Shown here piece by piece: positions 16,778 to 26,225 of a DNA stretch of 64,000 bases (positions are counted from its first letter, which is position 1; each line of letters starts with the position of its first letter). The stretch lies in IMG/VR virus record IMGVR_UViG_3300029258_003221, positions 1 to 64,000 of that record, one strand, 5' to 3'. The position numbers and the translations under genes were made by a program. Below the pieces are notes generated by a model, which saw only the letters and a list, made by a program, of their open reading frames with translations, had not been told where the DNA came from and ran no database searches.

Positions 16778-17151
16778 AACACGCATGCGTCCTCTGTGAC
16801 AAAGATTTAGAGCCTGTCAACCCAGACAAACCTGAAGCTCTCCAGCCATATGAAGGTGGAGAAATCAGGTTTGTGTTTGCTTATGGCAGTACCAAATTTG
16901 ACCACTTTCCCGGAAGCACTCACTTCAAGGGGCTTATCTGTGATGATTGTGGTGAACCACTCGTTAAGAAAATGAAGAGAACTGGCTATGACATGGATGG
17001 TGAGCTTCTGAAAGCGCCCGATGGGGAAAGATGGAAACCCACTGAAATGTCTGAAGAGGTGTTTAACGCTCTCAAAAAAGAATTAGAAGATATGGACAAG
17101 GAGGCTTCAGCAGCCCTCGATCAACTTATTGATGAATCAGAGATCGAGTAA
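16774..17151 (+). CDS. Hypothetical protein (two CxxC)
   Basis: ORF track; ATGA overlap. Confidence 0.6.
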   Translation: MKHACVLCDKDLEPVNPDKPEALQPYEGGEIRFVFAYGSTKFDHFPGSTHFKGLICDDCGEPLVKKMKRTGYDMDGELLKAPDGERWKPTEMSEEVFNALKKELEDMDKEASAALDQLIDESEIE

Positions 17152-17550
17152 GTGCTTCCTGTTGGCAACTGTCATGTGATAGGTTTTGCCAAACCCTTCT
17201 GGTGTATTCTCTTTAGAATCTACTGCCAAGCCCAAGTCTCTACGCAATTCATCCAGTCGATTTGAAAAGCAGTTAAGCCAATAATACATCTTGCTTTCGC
17301 CAAATCGCACACACGGCTCATAATAGAATTCAATATTCTCGCCTTCAAATGCTCTCCAAAATACAAGATTATTTGGCATTTCAACCTCTGGCCTTGAGAT
17401 CGTAATGTGGGCTCCGTACCGAGGGCGTCTCACATCCATGTATTTGGGCGTAAGTGCTCGATAGTAATCTGCGATTTGCTGATTGCAATCTAAGATCAAC
17501 CAATATCTGCTTGTGTATCTTAGACTGCCTGTTGCTTTAAATAAATTCAT
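17137..17550 (-). CDS. 2H phosphoesterase-like protein
   Basis: Two HxT motifs: GAHITIS and YHMTVA. Confidence 0.7.
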   Translation of the reverse strand: MNLFKATGSLRYTSRYWLILDCNQQIADYYRALTPKYMDVRRPRYGAHITISRPEVEMPNNLVFWRAFEGENIEFYYEPCVRFGESKMYYWLNCFSNRLDELRRDLGLAVDSKENTPEGFGKTYHMTVANRKHLLDL

Positions 17551-17621
17551 CTGAAGTGATCTTGTGGTTACATTGGCTTAATGTTAAACTCAGTTTTTCA
17601 AGCTAAAAATCGGAGTTTAGC

Positions 17622-18254
17622 ATGCATATTGATTGCTTAATAGAAGTCACTGGTCACAAATTTTCAAAAGATGATCTTGAATGTTTTGAATATTTGGAAT
17701 CGGATCTTGTTTTCGATGAAGAACTTGATGGCGTTTTAACCAAAGAATGGAAACCGCCTGAAGAAGATACGAAAAAGAAAAAAAGTTCCCGAAGAGTGTT
17801 TACTATGACGGAACAAATTCGAATGGATCATTTGGATGCAATTTTCCTTAAAGACTGTTGGGGAATGGAATTCAAGTTAATTCGTGAACTCCATGATGAC
17901 AACAATCAAATGAGCGGAATTGAACATGAAGTAGAATATTGTGGCTGGCAAGATGTTGCAGAACACTATTTTGATGATCTTGTAAAATTGCTTGAAGCTG
18001 AAATCAGTCAACCAAAGATTCGCCTAATAAAAGGGGGGTCTCTGAAAGACACATATCGCTCTTTGAGAAAGAAAGAAAGTCCACCATCGAAGACCCCAGT
18101 AATTATCACAGCATGGACATACGATGCTGGATATTGCAGTTGGGATGGAGAATATGATCCATCTTGGACTATGTTGGGTCGAGTAGATATGAACAAAATA
18201 CAAATAGTGAAGGAGAAAGATGTTTCGGATACCAGCGATAACGAGTCTGTGTGA
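17622..18254 (+). CDS. Hypothetical protein
   Basis: ORF track. Confidence 0.65.
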   Translation: MHIDCLIEVTGHKFSKDDLECFEYLESDLVFDEELDGVLTKEWKPPEEDTKKKKSSRRVFTMTEQIRMDHLDAIFLKDCWGMEFKLIRELHDDNNQMSGIEHEVEYCGWQDVAEHYFDDLVKLLEAEISQPKIRLIKGGSLKDTYRSLRKKESPPSKTPVIITAWTYDAGYCSWDGEYDPSWTMLGRVDMNKIQIVKEKDVSDTSDNESV

Positions 18255-18960
18255 TCAGGCCAAAGAACGTGCACGTCAAATTGGAAGGCTCCATGGCTCC
18301 ATCCGTGGAGGTGAAGGAAACTATACCGGATGTCTTCTCGAAGTGGCACACAAACTTTTGTTTGGTGGAAAGTTTTCATCTGGTGATGACATCTACGACT
18401 ATGATGTCCTCATGCCCGAGGATTGGTTCTATGCAGAACATGGACGTAGAGTAGACTGCAAAGCCAAAGAACGCACAGTTCCTCAAATGGACCCGGAATG
18501 GGATGCATCCATTGCTGATCACGCTGGCAAAGGCGTCACACAGAATTGTGACATTTATGCCTTTGGCAGCGTCTATGTGAATCGCTCACGGCAACCAACT
18601 TGGATATGGTTCATGGGTCTTATGTCCAAGAAAATCTATCTGGAAGGTCGTTCTCAAAACCCACAAGGGGAAGAAATTGATTCCAGAGGCAGACCCGTCA
18701 AACGGTGGAAAGACCTTGAAGACGGAGCCGAGTTCAGAAAGAAAGGTCTGCCCTATGATGACAATGGCTTCACCTGCCGAGAAGATTGCTGGAACCGAAC
18801 TTACAGTTACCTTGATCCATACAATGTCGATAAGCTTCCGCTGGAAGCTAAGAAAAAGGTGGCAACCGTGCTGGCTCAAGCCAAAAGGGAAAGATGGGAG
18901 AAAGCATCCATGTATCACATGTTAGGAATACCAAATGCAAAGCCCGTTAATCAATTATAG
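18220..18960 (+). CDS. Hypothetical protein, possible PD-(D/E)XK nuclease
   Basis: YDYDV...RVDCKAK pattern. Confidence 0.45.
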   Translation: MFRIPAITSLCDQAKERARQIGRLHGSIRGGEGNYTGCLLEVAHKLLFGGKFSSGDDIYDYDVLMPEDWFYAEHGRRVDCKAKERTVPQMDPEWDASIADHAGKGVTQNCDIYAFGSVYVNRSRQPTWIWFMGLMSKKIYLEGRSQNPQGEEIDSRGRPVKRWKDLEDGAEFRKKGLPYDDNGFTCREDCWNRTYSYLDPYNVDKLPLEAKKKVATVLAQAKRERWEKASMYHMLGIPNAKPVNQL

Positions 18961-19552
18961 TCTTATCCAAAAGGCTGTTGAATACTACGAATCCTGTGGC
19001 TATCAATACATAGAAGTTCCATGGGTTGTCTCACCCGAAGCACTGAACATTACTCGTCCAGCAAATCTTCCACCCATTGACAGCCCTCGCCTTGTTGCTT
19101 CAGGGGAACAATCCTTTTTGGAAATGATCCTTAAAGGAGAATTAGGAAAAGGGAAGTTTTGTTGTGCTACACCTTGTTATCGCCCCGGAGATCAAGGCAA
19201 AGACCCATATCACTTCGATCAATTCTTCAAAGTGGAATTGATCTCCAACAAAAGTGATGATACTGAAAGTGACAGAGGCAAATTTATCATTGATGCAATG
19301 GGGTTCTTTCAACGTCGGGGAGTCAGAATTCTGATCACAATGCCCGAAGATGAAGAAAGGGCAGAGTGCACAGAGAGATATTCTCCTATGGACCTTGTTG
19401 CCCCACTCGGCGATGAAGAAATCGAACTGGGTTCTTACGGAGTCAGGTGGAACAAAAACACAGGGTATTGGGTCTACGGAACAGGATTGGCTCTCCCCAG
19501 ATTTCAGCAGGTGCTCGATGGGATATCACAGAACAAAAATCAAGAAGGGTAA
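18935..19552 (+). CDS. Stand-alone class II aminoacyl-tRNA-synthetase catalytic-core-like protein
   Basis: GYQYIEVPW (motif 1), TPCYR...QFFKVEL (motif 2), GTGLALPR (motif 3). Confidence 0.75.
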   Translation: MQSPLINYSLIQKAVEYYESCGYQYIEVPWVVSPEALNITRPANLPPIDSPRLVASGEQSFLEMILKGELGKGKFCCATPCYRPGDQGKDPYHFDQFFKVELISNKSDDTESDRGKFIIDAMGFFQRRGVRILITMPEDEERAECTERYSPMDLVAPLGDEEIELGSYGVRWNKNTGYWVYGTGLALPRFQQVLDGISQNKNQEG

Positions 19553-19766
19553 GTTGGGCGAGGTCTCAAAGATCGAAGAAGAACTCGCTGAACTCAGAGA
19601 CGCTATCGCACAAGATAACAAAGTAATGGCTTTGGTTGAATTGTCTGACATGTGTGGAGCAATTAAACTCTATCTGGAAAAACACCACCCCTCAATTACA
19701 ATTCACGACTTGCTCAAAATGGCTGATGCCACAGCCTCTGCATTTCAGGATGGGACTCGATCATGA
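19518..19766 (+). CDS. MazG-like pyrophosphohydrolase
   Basis: KIEEELAELRDA...LVELSDMCGAI; start refined to ATG 19518. Confidence 0.65.
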   Translation: MGYHRTKIKKGKLGEVSKIEEELAELRDAIAQDNKVMALVELSDMCGAIKLYLEKHHPSITIHDLLKMADATASAFQDGTRS

Positions 19767-20044
19767 CGACAAGAACGATAGCTGAAACAACAGTCCATGT
19801 TCACCTTGATGGGACTCACAGGCTTATTGAGAGAAGCTTGGATCGTGCCTACAAAGATGCACTTTATGAGTTTGGGATCGATGAATACGCTCACTCAGAC
19901 AAAGTCGAAGAGTGGGAGCGTTCAAGTTGTTGTATCGAAGTTGAATTCGAGAAGCTGATTTTTAGTGGGGGTTATGTTGGCGGCGGAACCACTGTTGTCT
20001 ACAAAGCCCGATGTGAAAAAACCGAGGATGAAGAATATGACTGA
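19763..20044 (+). CDS. Hypothetical protein
   Basis: ORF track; ATGA overlap. Confidence 0.6.
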   Translation: MTTRTIAETTVHVHLDGTHRLIERSLDRAYKDALYEFGIDEYAHSDKVEEWERSSCCIEVEFEKLIFSGGYVGGGTTVVYKARCEKTEDEEYD

Positions 20045-20444
20045 TTGGAAAAAGTGGGCAAGGGATAATTTGGAACCTGAGAGACAGGAGGAATTCTTCG
20101 CAGAACTTGAGGAGATCAAGAAAGACTGTGAAAGAACTGAGCAGTGGTTAAATAACACAGAAGAGGCTCTTGGGCTGACAACCGAACACAAAGATTTCCT
20201 GCATAAGCACGACATCTACATTTCTACAGCCTACATTGGCATGGTGAGATTCTACAAAGACAATAGAACGATCTTCCAAACAACCATGTTCAATTTGTAT
20301 GAAAACAAGTCTGGTGGACTATCGCAAGACTACGATAACATGACCATAGAGGTTCATGATTATCTCAACTCAATCATGTCAGCTACTCCTGAATTACAGG
20401 AACAATTGCTGATGACAAATCTTCCTTTGTTTGGGGCCGACTGA
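20037..20444 (+). CDS. Hypothetical protein
   Basis: Start refined to ATG 20037. Confidence 0.6.
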   Translation: MTDWKKWARDNLEPERQEEFFAELEEIKKDCERTEQWLNNTEEALGLTTEHKDFLHKHDIYISTAYIGMVRFYKDNRTIFQTTMFNLYENKSGGLSQDYDNMTIEVHDYLNSIMSATPELQEQLLMTNLPLFGAD

Positions 20445-20602
20445 TGTCTGTTGAAGAAAACCCATTTGATGACATGTCACGTGAAGACATGATTTCTTTG
20501 TTGACGAAACTTCATGAGCTTATCGCTCAAACAGATGAAAGTGATGAAGACGCTTACAGTGATGCTGTTTGGAATGCGAGACAGTTGCTGCGGAAATTTT
20601 AG
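20444..20602 (+). CDS. Hypothetical protein (52 aa, not in the track)
   Basis: TGATG overlap; MSVEENPFDDMSREDMISLL... Confidence 0.55.
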   Translation: MSVEENPFDDMSREDMISLLTKLHELIAQTDESDEDAYSDAVWNARQLLRKF

Positions 20603-20604
20603 CC

Positions 20605-20633
20605 TTGAATTCATTCTTAGATTTTTCTAACAT
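20605..20633 (+). promoter_or_regulatory. Sigma70-like promoter
   Basis: TTGAAT-N17-TAACAT. Confidence 0.55.
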
Positions 20634-20684
20634 GCGTCGAATTCGATCCTAAGACAATCTTAGGGCAAGACAAAAGGAATTACC

Positions 20685-21131
20685 ATGTTAGAAACAATCA
20701 AGAAGAAATACCTGAATCGAATGAGACAGGAGATGAAACAGGAGTTTCTCAAAGAAGCTGAAAGGGAGTTTGACCGAGAATTCTCTCAGCAGTTTGAGAA
20801 ACCTACTCGTGCCAAGAAGAAGCCGTCTAAGAAAAAGACACGAGCCAAAAAGGTAATGAAGGGTCACACGAAGGCTGAAGATTTCATCCCTGCTGTCACT
20901 GCTTTTCTCAAGAGAAACAACGGCAGAGCTTCTAAGAAGGACATCGCTCAACACATCCTCCTGTCAGGCACTCTGACAGATGTGGATGTCCAGACTCACT
21001 CAGACGGCAAGTATCGGTTCTACAAAACGCTTGACAGAACCCGAAAGATCATGGTTGAGGCAGACGATCTTTCCACAAACAACCGATCTGGTATCTGGGA
21101 ACTCCAACAGAAGCAAACTGTGTTGTTCTAG
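20685..21131 (+). CDS. Mrr N-terminal (winged-HTH) domain protein
   Basis: FIPAVTAFLKRNNGRASKKDI...LTDVD...TRKIMVEADDL...SGIWEL. Confidence 0.65.
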   Translation: MLETIKKKYLNRMRQEMKQEFLKEAEREFDREFSQQFEKPTRAKKKPSKKKTRAKKVMKGHTKAEDFIPAVTAFLKRNNGRASKKDIAQHILLSGTLTDVDVQTHSDGKYRFYKTLDRTRKIMVEADDLSTNNRSGIWELQQKQTVLF

Positions 21132-21502
21132 TTCCCAAACAACCAATCCAAGAAGGGACGCCTTCTCTTTCGTTCTTTTGGCTGTTCCTCTTCGGTTGCA
21201 ATCATAGCCTCATCTTCATTGACATCTGCGGTGATTGTCGGTGGATTTGAGGCTTTTGGTTTACCCACATCCACAATAGCTGGTGATTGATTGTTGGAAA
21301 CCTGATAGGTGATTGCCCCACCCACTCCAACGGTCATGAGCAACAAAGTTGCAATCATTGCATGTTTCCAGTAGGATTTCTTTTGTGGCGGCGGCGTAAT
21401 TTGCCCCATTCCCACAAGCATTCCTCCCCCTGTATCCCCCTTTTCCTGAAGGGATTTCAGGTATTCTGGCAAATCTCCGAGCGGCATAGGTTCTTGACTC
21501 AT
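21128..21502 (-). CDS. Single-TM hypothetical protein
   Basis: Hydrophobic segment; AGGAGG RBS; CATACATA upstream. Confidence 0.6.
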   Translation of the reverse strand: MSQEPMPLGDLPEYLKSLQEKGDTGGGMLVGMGQITPPPQKKSYWKHAMIATLLLMTVGVGGAITYQVSNNQSPAIVDVGKPKASNPPTITADVNEDEAMIATEEEQPKERKRRRPFLDWLFGN

Positions 21503-21534
21503 TTTTGACTCCTCCTTTCTTATGTATGTTGGTC

Positions 21535-21563
21535 TTGAGATAGTTTCAAGAATGATCTATGAT
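21535..21563 (+). promoter_or_regulatory. Sigma70-like promoter
   Basis: TTGAGA-N17-TATGAT. Confidence 0.6.
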
Positions 21564-21585
21564 CAGATTTCATAGGGAGGATAAC

Positions 21586-22077
21586 ATGACATCAATAGGT
21601 GGATGGGGTGGCGAACACGCTAGTAACGAAGTGCTTGGTTTTCCAAGGAGAATCGACACTGAACAAATGACAGAAGCAGAATTGGCTATCACCAAAGCCA
21701 TGGAAGAAGTTGAGAAAGCCGGATGTCACCCGTTTTTGACTGATGCTGTTGTTCTACTCAGTGAAGCAAGAGAAAAAGTCGCTGATTTCGTAGACAAGAA
21801 AGAACTGAAGATGTCAAAGCTAACACTGAATAAAACCTGTGGTGCATGCCCTGAGCAATATGACGTTTTCTTGGAAGGGGAAAACGTAGGTTACATGAGA
21901 TTACGCCATGGTTACTTCACAGCAGAATGCCAAGGTAAGATAGTCTATGAAGGCACCCCAAAGGGTGATGGCATTTTTGAGCCAGAAGAAAGAGATAGGT
22001 ATTTGCATGAAGCTTGCCAAGCCATTCTGAAAGATTTGAATAGTCGCCAAGAAAACCTCTATGAAATAGAGGAATGA
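21586..22077 (+). CDS. Hypothetical protein, possibly two fused small phage domains
   Basis: GGGAGG RBS; second half begins MSKLTLNKTCGACPEQYDV...YMRLRHG. Confidence 0.6.
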   Translation: MTSIGGWGGEHASNEVLGFPRRIDTEQMTEAELAITKAMEEVEKAGCHPFLTDAVVLLSEAREKVADFVDKKELKMSKLTLNKTCGACPEQYDVFLEGENVGYMRLRHGYFTAECQGKIVYEGTPKGDGIFEPEERDRYLHEACQAILKDLNSRQENLYEIEE

Positions 22078-22078
22078 C

Positions 22079-22432
22079 ATGGAAGTCATACTGTCATGGT
22101 TTACATTCAGGTGTTTGGATCAATTGTTCGATTGGTCCATTCCTGTTGTTTCGACGATTTGGAAACACTTTCGACAAGCTTGGAAACAAAGTGAGTTTGG
22201 TGATCACTTCATCTTTGTTTGGATCAAATCTTCTCTGTTTCTTTGTATTCCGCCAATGTGTCTAGGGCAAATGTTGATTGTGTTATTTTCATTACTTGTA
22301 GGACAGTATTTCTTGCCTGAAGAAGATGCTTTGATCTACGCTTTTTCAACCTTCCCTTTTTCTACGGTTGTCTTAGGGTTTTTTATGGCTAGATTTTACG
22401 GAAACCCTTGGAACCCAAAGGTGGATCATTAA
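22079..22432 (+). CDS. Membrane protein
   Basis: Multiple hydrophobic segments. Confidence 0.5.
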   Translation: MEVILSWFTFRCLDQLFDWSIPVVSTIWKHFRQAWKQSEFGDHFIFVWIKSSLFLCIPPMCLGQMLIVLFSLLVGQYFLPEEDALIYAFSTFPFSTVVLGFFMARFYGNPWNPKVDH

Positions 22433-22612
22433 ATGTGCACACTAACAAACCTCGGCAATATGGGTGGCGAGCTACCCAATCTTGAATGCGACAATTGCGA
22501 CACGATATTCTCTGTAGTTTGGCACCGAACACCTGACTACGATGATATTCAATACTGCCCCTTCTGTGGAGAAGGCGTTGAAGAAATAGTTTGGGAAACA
22601 GAGGAGGAATAA
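22433..22612 (+). CDS. Small Zn-ribbon protein (59 aa, not in the track)
   Basis: CDNC...YCPFCG; TAATG overlap with the next gene. Confidence 0.65.
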   Translation: MCTLTNLGNMGGELPNLECDNCDTIFSVVWHRTPDYDDIQYCPFCGEGVEEIVWETEEE

Positions 22613-22908
22613 TGAAAAACCACTGGCTAAGCACAAGCCTTCATCTTTGGTATATTGATGATGGCGAACAACATTGGTATGCTGCATCCTCGGCAGATCG
22701 TGCCGTCGAATTGCACACAGAACCACTTCGTGACCCCAAAACAGGTAAAGTAGACCTCAGCGACCTTGAGGAAATTGAGGTTGAACAGGTTCCTGATGAC
22801 TCTGTTTTGCCTGTAAGACACGAAGATTACGACAACCAAGTGATCAGAAAGACTGCCAAAGAATGGTGCGAAGGCGGTGAAGGATTCATAGCTTCTACCG
22901 TCTACTGA
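22612..22908 (+). CDS. Hypothetical protein
   Basis: GAGGAGG RBS; start refined. Confidence 0.6.
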   Translation: MKNHWLSTSLHLWYIDDGEQHWYAASSADRAVELHTEPLRDPKTGKVDLSDLEEIEVEQVPDDSVLPVRHEDYDNQVIRKTAKEWCEGGEGFIASTVY

Positions 22909-22921
22909 CATACATACTCTC

Positions 22922-23236
22922 ATGAAATTCAAGGACTTCATGGAAAACAGGCAGCTTGGCAGATCATTGCCCGAAACAGGCTACACAAGCCCACATGCCA
23001 TCATTTATCGAGCCTCACTGGAACCCGATCTCTTGGGAAACCGTGAATATGTGACCATGAGCCGTAAATTCGCAGTCGAACACGCAGAACACCAAGCGGC
23101 TGTGGAAGAAGAGCCATGTAGTGTTTACCGCTATCTGGTGAAGTCCTCGAATGTCTATGAGGCATACAATCCCGGAGAGTATTTCTATGCTGGACCACCG
23201 GTTCAGGGAAGGATCATACATGTTGCAGAAGTTTAA
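22922..23236 (+). CDS. ADP-ribosyltransferase-like small protein with a capsid-targeting-like N-terminus
   Basis: MKFKDFMEN; IYRA...VTMSRKFA...GEYFY resembles an R-S-E triad. Confidence 0.45.
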   Translation: MKFKDFMENRQLGRSLPETGYTSPHAIIYRASLEPDLLGNREYVTMSRKFAVEHAEHQAAVEEEPCSVYRYLVKSSNVYEAYNPGEYFYAGPPVQGRIIHVAEV

Positions 23237-23768
23237 GACATTCCAAAGGTTTCTGACGGAGAAGAAGGATGCTGATTACAGCTACTCCTGCGTCATGTTG
23301 ATGTTCCCCTCCGAAGATGCCAAAAATGTCCTAGACTGGTCCAAGCAACACATCCCGGACGACAAAATCTTTGAGGATGATGACAAAGGCCGAGAAGACG
23401 AAATTCATGTTACAGTCCTGTATGGCCTACATACAAATGAATCTGGTCCCGTGGAAGAGATCATGGAGTCTCATGAGGGTTTTGAGATTGAGCTAGGAGA
23501 AATCTCAAAGTTCGAAAGCAAGGATTATGATGTCATCAAAATCGGAATCTCTGGAGAAGCTTTACATAAAGCCAACAAGACGCTCAGAGAGCTTGATTTC
23601 ACATCGAATTACGATGAATACAAGCCACACTGCACGATTGCCTATGTGAAAAAGGGATCGTGTGACGACCTGCTCGGAAACAAAGACTTCACAGGGCAGA
23701 AGGTTCCCGTCAAGGAATTGGTCTTTAGTCCCGCTGAGGGTGATCGGACAAAGATCGCTCTGACTTGA
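23220..23768 (+). CDS. 2H phosphoesterase (T4 57B/Acb1-like fold)
   Basis: EIHVTVLYG and YKPHCTIAY; start refined. Confidence 0.8.
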   Translation: MLQKFKTFQRFLTEKKDADYSYSCVMLMFPSEDAKNVLDWSKQHIPDDKIFEDDDKGREDEIHVTVLYGLHTNESGPVEEIMESHEGFEIELGEISKFESKDYDVIKIGISGEALHKANKTLRELDFTSNYDEYKPHCTIAYVKKGSCDDLLGNKDFTGQKVPVKELVFSPAEGDRTKIALT

Positions 23769-23815
23769 TTTTGCCACGAGATTTGGTAACATTCTCCTTT
23801 TGCACAAAGGAGATA

Positions 23816-24694
23816 ATGATGCAAACCCTATCCAAGTTAATGGTTGAAGAATACGACGCTGATCTAGGCCAAGAATGGAATCAAGATACACTCGATCTGA
23901 AGACCATGGTTACGGCCTTGTCGTTCCAAAGACACATCTACCTGAACCCGGAAGAGAACGTAAAAGCACGGAAAATCATTGAGAATGTGTTTCGATCACA
24001 TTGTGATTTTGTCGAAGTTCAAGGCGATTATGGCAATGTCATCGGTGGCTGGGATGCCGATCTGTCAGGCAAACACGTGATCGGAGGTCATTACGATGGT
24101 CCTCCGGGCAGCCCCGGAGCCGACGACAACGCCTCGGCAATCTCTTCTCTTTGCCTGCTGGCAAAGAAACTTTCGGACATAAAACCGAAAGATGTTGTCC
24201 TTGTGGCCTTCAATGGAGAAGAAGAAGGTCTTCTAGGTAGCTTTGACTTTGTTGAAAAGATGTCACCAAAGTCAGGCGTGATCCTTGAGATGGTTGGGTA
24301 TTTCGTGGAAGACGAAGATTCTCAGCAGATGCCTCAAGGTTTGCCAGAATACTCCGTAGGAGATTTCTTAGGCATTGTAGGCAATCGCTACACAGGTAGT
24401 TTGGGGAAAGAGCTAACAGACATTGCACGATCCATGAAGCTGAACCTTCCCATCAAAAACCTGAAGATACCTCTCGGCCTTGAAGAAAGATTGCCGGGCC
24501 TGAGTAACACCAGACGCAGTGACCACTACCCGTTCTGGAAAAAGAAGCTCCCGGCTGTCATGCTCACTGATACTGCCGAATTCAGAAATGCCAACTACCA
24601 CAGACGAACAGATACGCCCGATACCCTGAATTACAGTGGAATGGCACAGGTCGTCAGAATGCTTGAGCAGTATTGTCAGAAGTTACTCTCTTAG
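23816..24694 (+). CDS. M28 family peptidase
   Basis: GGHYD, PGADDNASA, FNGEEEG, ILEMVG, RRSDHYPF, NYHRRTD. Confidence 0.9.
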   Translation: MMQTLSKLMVEEYDADLGQEWNQDTLDLKTMVTALSFQRHIYLNPEENVKARKIIENVFRSHCDFVEVQGDYGNVIGGWDADLSGKHVIGGHYDGPPGSPGADDNASAISSLCLLAKKLSDIKPKDVVLVAFNGEEEGLLGSFDFVEKMSPKSGVILEMVGYFVEDEDSQQMPQGLPEYSVGDFLGIVGNRYTGSLGKELTDIARSMKLNLPIKNLKIPLGLEERLPGLSNTRRSDHYPFWKKKLPAVMLTDTAEFRNANYHRRTDTPDTLNYSGMAQVVRMLEQYCQKLLS

Positions 24695-24710
24695 GCAAAG
24701 GAGAAACACT

Positions 24711-24998
24711 ATGCCCAAAGCAGCAGCTAGACACATTTTGGTCGCCGATGAAGCGACATGCAGCCTTATCAAACAACAAATCGAAAGCGGAGAAGCCACT
24801 TTCGAAGAACTCGCCAGACAACACTCCAAATGCCCTTCAGGTAAGGCCGCAGGTGGAAGCCTCGGAACGTTTGAACCGGGACGTATGGTTCCTGAATTTG
24901 ATCAAGTTTGCTTCAATAGCATGGTTGGCGAAGTGCACGGTCCTGTGAAAACTCAATTTGGTTACCACTTGATTGAGATTACAAATCGAATCGACTAA
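24711..24998 (+). CDS. ppiC: Parvulin-type peptidyl-prolyl isomerase
   Basis: ARHILV, FEELARQHSKCPSG, GGSLGTF, MVPEFD, GPVKTQFGYHLI. Confidence 0.95.
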   Translation: MPKAAARHILVADEATCSLIKQQIESGEATFEELARQHSKCPSGKAAGGSLGTFEPGRMVPEFDQVCFNSMVGEVHGPVKTQFGYHLIEITNRID

Positions 24999-25216
24999 CC
25001 CTCGACCTTTATATCTTTGATGTAATCTCCACCGTCACCATCCCAGTGGAACCTCTTTTCTCTCTCGTCATCTGGATCAACGATGATTGAGAACGAATGA
25101 CCCGTGTTCCCATTGGATTTGATGTGTTTGATCAAGTCCTCAAGCTCATTGTCCTGATCATGACACGTGATTGTTATGGTTTTGGGGTTCTCACGCCATT
25201 CGTTTAAGCTTTTCAT
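24995..25216 (-). CDS. Small protein with a capsid-targeting-like N-terminus
   Basis: MKSLNEWRE; CCTATATA upstream. Confidence 0.6.
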   Translation of the reverse strand: MKSLNEWRENPKTITITCHDQDNELEDLIKHIKSNGNTGHSFSIIVDPDDEREKRFHWDGDGGDYIKDIKVEG

Positions 25217-25293
25217 ACAAACATACCTTCAAAGGTTTATGAAGCCTCTTGATACGCTTCGGGGGTCTTCTGACTGGTTTATATAGGTTTGTT

Positions 25294-25689
25294 TCACAAA
25301 ATAATCCGAGTTTCATAGGTCCAACTCCTGAAATGCCCTGAGCAATTCGCTATGGCAATTTGATGGAAAAGTGCACCGCCGCACACACTCACAGTCTCCA
25401 AGCTTTGGCCATAACTGTAATAAAATGACACGTGAGGATTCTCAGGAAACCAAGGCTGAACCGGGCTCACATGGTAATACAAGGCACTGAAATCCTCTCC
25501 GTATTCCGCTATTGGAGAGCCTTGTAAATTCAGGTAAACTGAGTTGAAATCACCTGATAGAAATGATTCAACTTCCTCTTTCTCTAAGAAAGAGTTGAGA
25601 GTCAGGTGAATTGGAAATCCATTCGTTAGGGAATTCCATGAATGCCTTTCGCTGGGCATCAACCAAACACACCATTTGAAGCTTTTCAT
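25294..25689 (-). CDS. Hypothetical protein
   Basis: ORF track; start refined. Confidence 0.45.
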   Translation of the reverse strand: MKSFKWCVWLMPSERHSWNSLTNGFPIHLTLNSFLEKEEVESFLSGDFNSVYLNLQGSPIAEYGEDFSALYYHVSPVQPWFPENPHVSFYYSYGQSLETVSVCGGALFHQIAIANCSGHFRSWTYETRIIL

Positions 25690-25700
25690 AAAGGTTAGGT

Positions 25701-26222
25701 ATGAAGATTTACACAAAAGCAGGAGACAAAGGTAAGACGTTTATGCCGGGAGAAGGTAAAGTAGATAAATACGATTGCTCCGTAGACGCTCAGGGAGAAA
25801 TCGATGAACTCAATGCGTGGCTCGCTCACCTCCTACAGGAACACCCGGAATCCCCCGAAGAACAAATCATAGTAAACGCTCAAAACGTCCTGATGCACAT
25901 CGGAGCACAACTTGCAACCAGAGAACAAAGACTCAGAGAATCAGATATCACTGAGTTGGAAATTTCCATTGATCGTATGGAAGGCGGTTTACCAGAACTG
26001 ACCAACTTCATTCTTCCTTGCTACCCAACAGAAGGACATATTGCCCGAACAGTTTGCCGACGTGCCGAAAGGCAAATGGCCGCTTGGGAAGCAAATGCAG
26101 ATGATAAAGAGAAATTCAATCTCATCCTGCCTTATCTGAACAGACTCAGTGACTTCCTCTTTGTCTGGTGCCGAACTCTCTGTGGTAACCTCGAAGAAGT
26201 TTGGTATGGAAACGATAGATAA
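25701..26222 (+). CDS. pduO: ATP:cob(I)alamin adenosyltransferase, PduO type
   Basis: KIYTKAGDKGKT, GEIDELNA, LTNFILP, ARTVCRRAER, YLNRLSDFLF. Confidence 0.93.
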   Translation: MKIYTKAGDKGKTFMPGEGKVDKYDCSVDAQGEIDELNAWLAHLLQEHPESPEEQIIVNAQNVLMHIGAQLATREQRLRESDITELEISIDRMEGGLPELTNFILPCYPTEGHIARTVCRRAERQMAAWEANADDKEKFNLILPYLNRLSDFLFVWCRTLCGNLEEVWYGNDR

Positions 26223-26225
26223 TCT

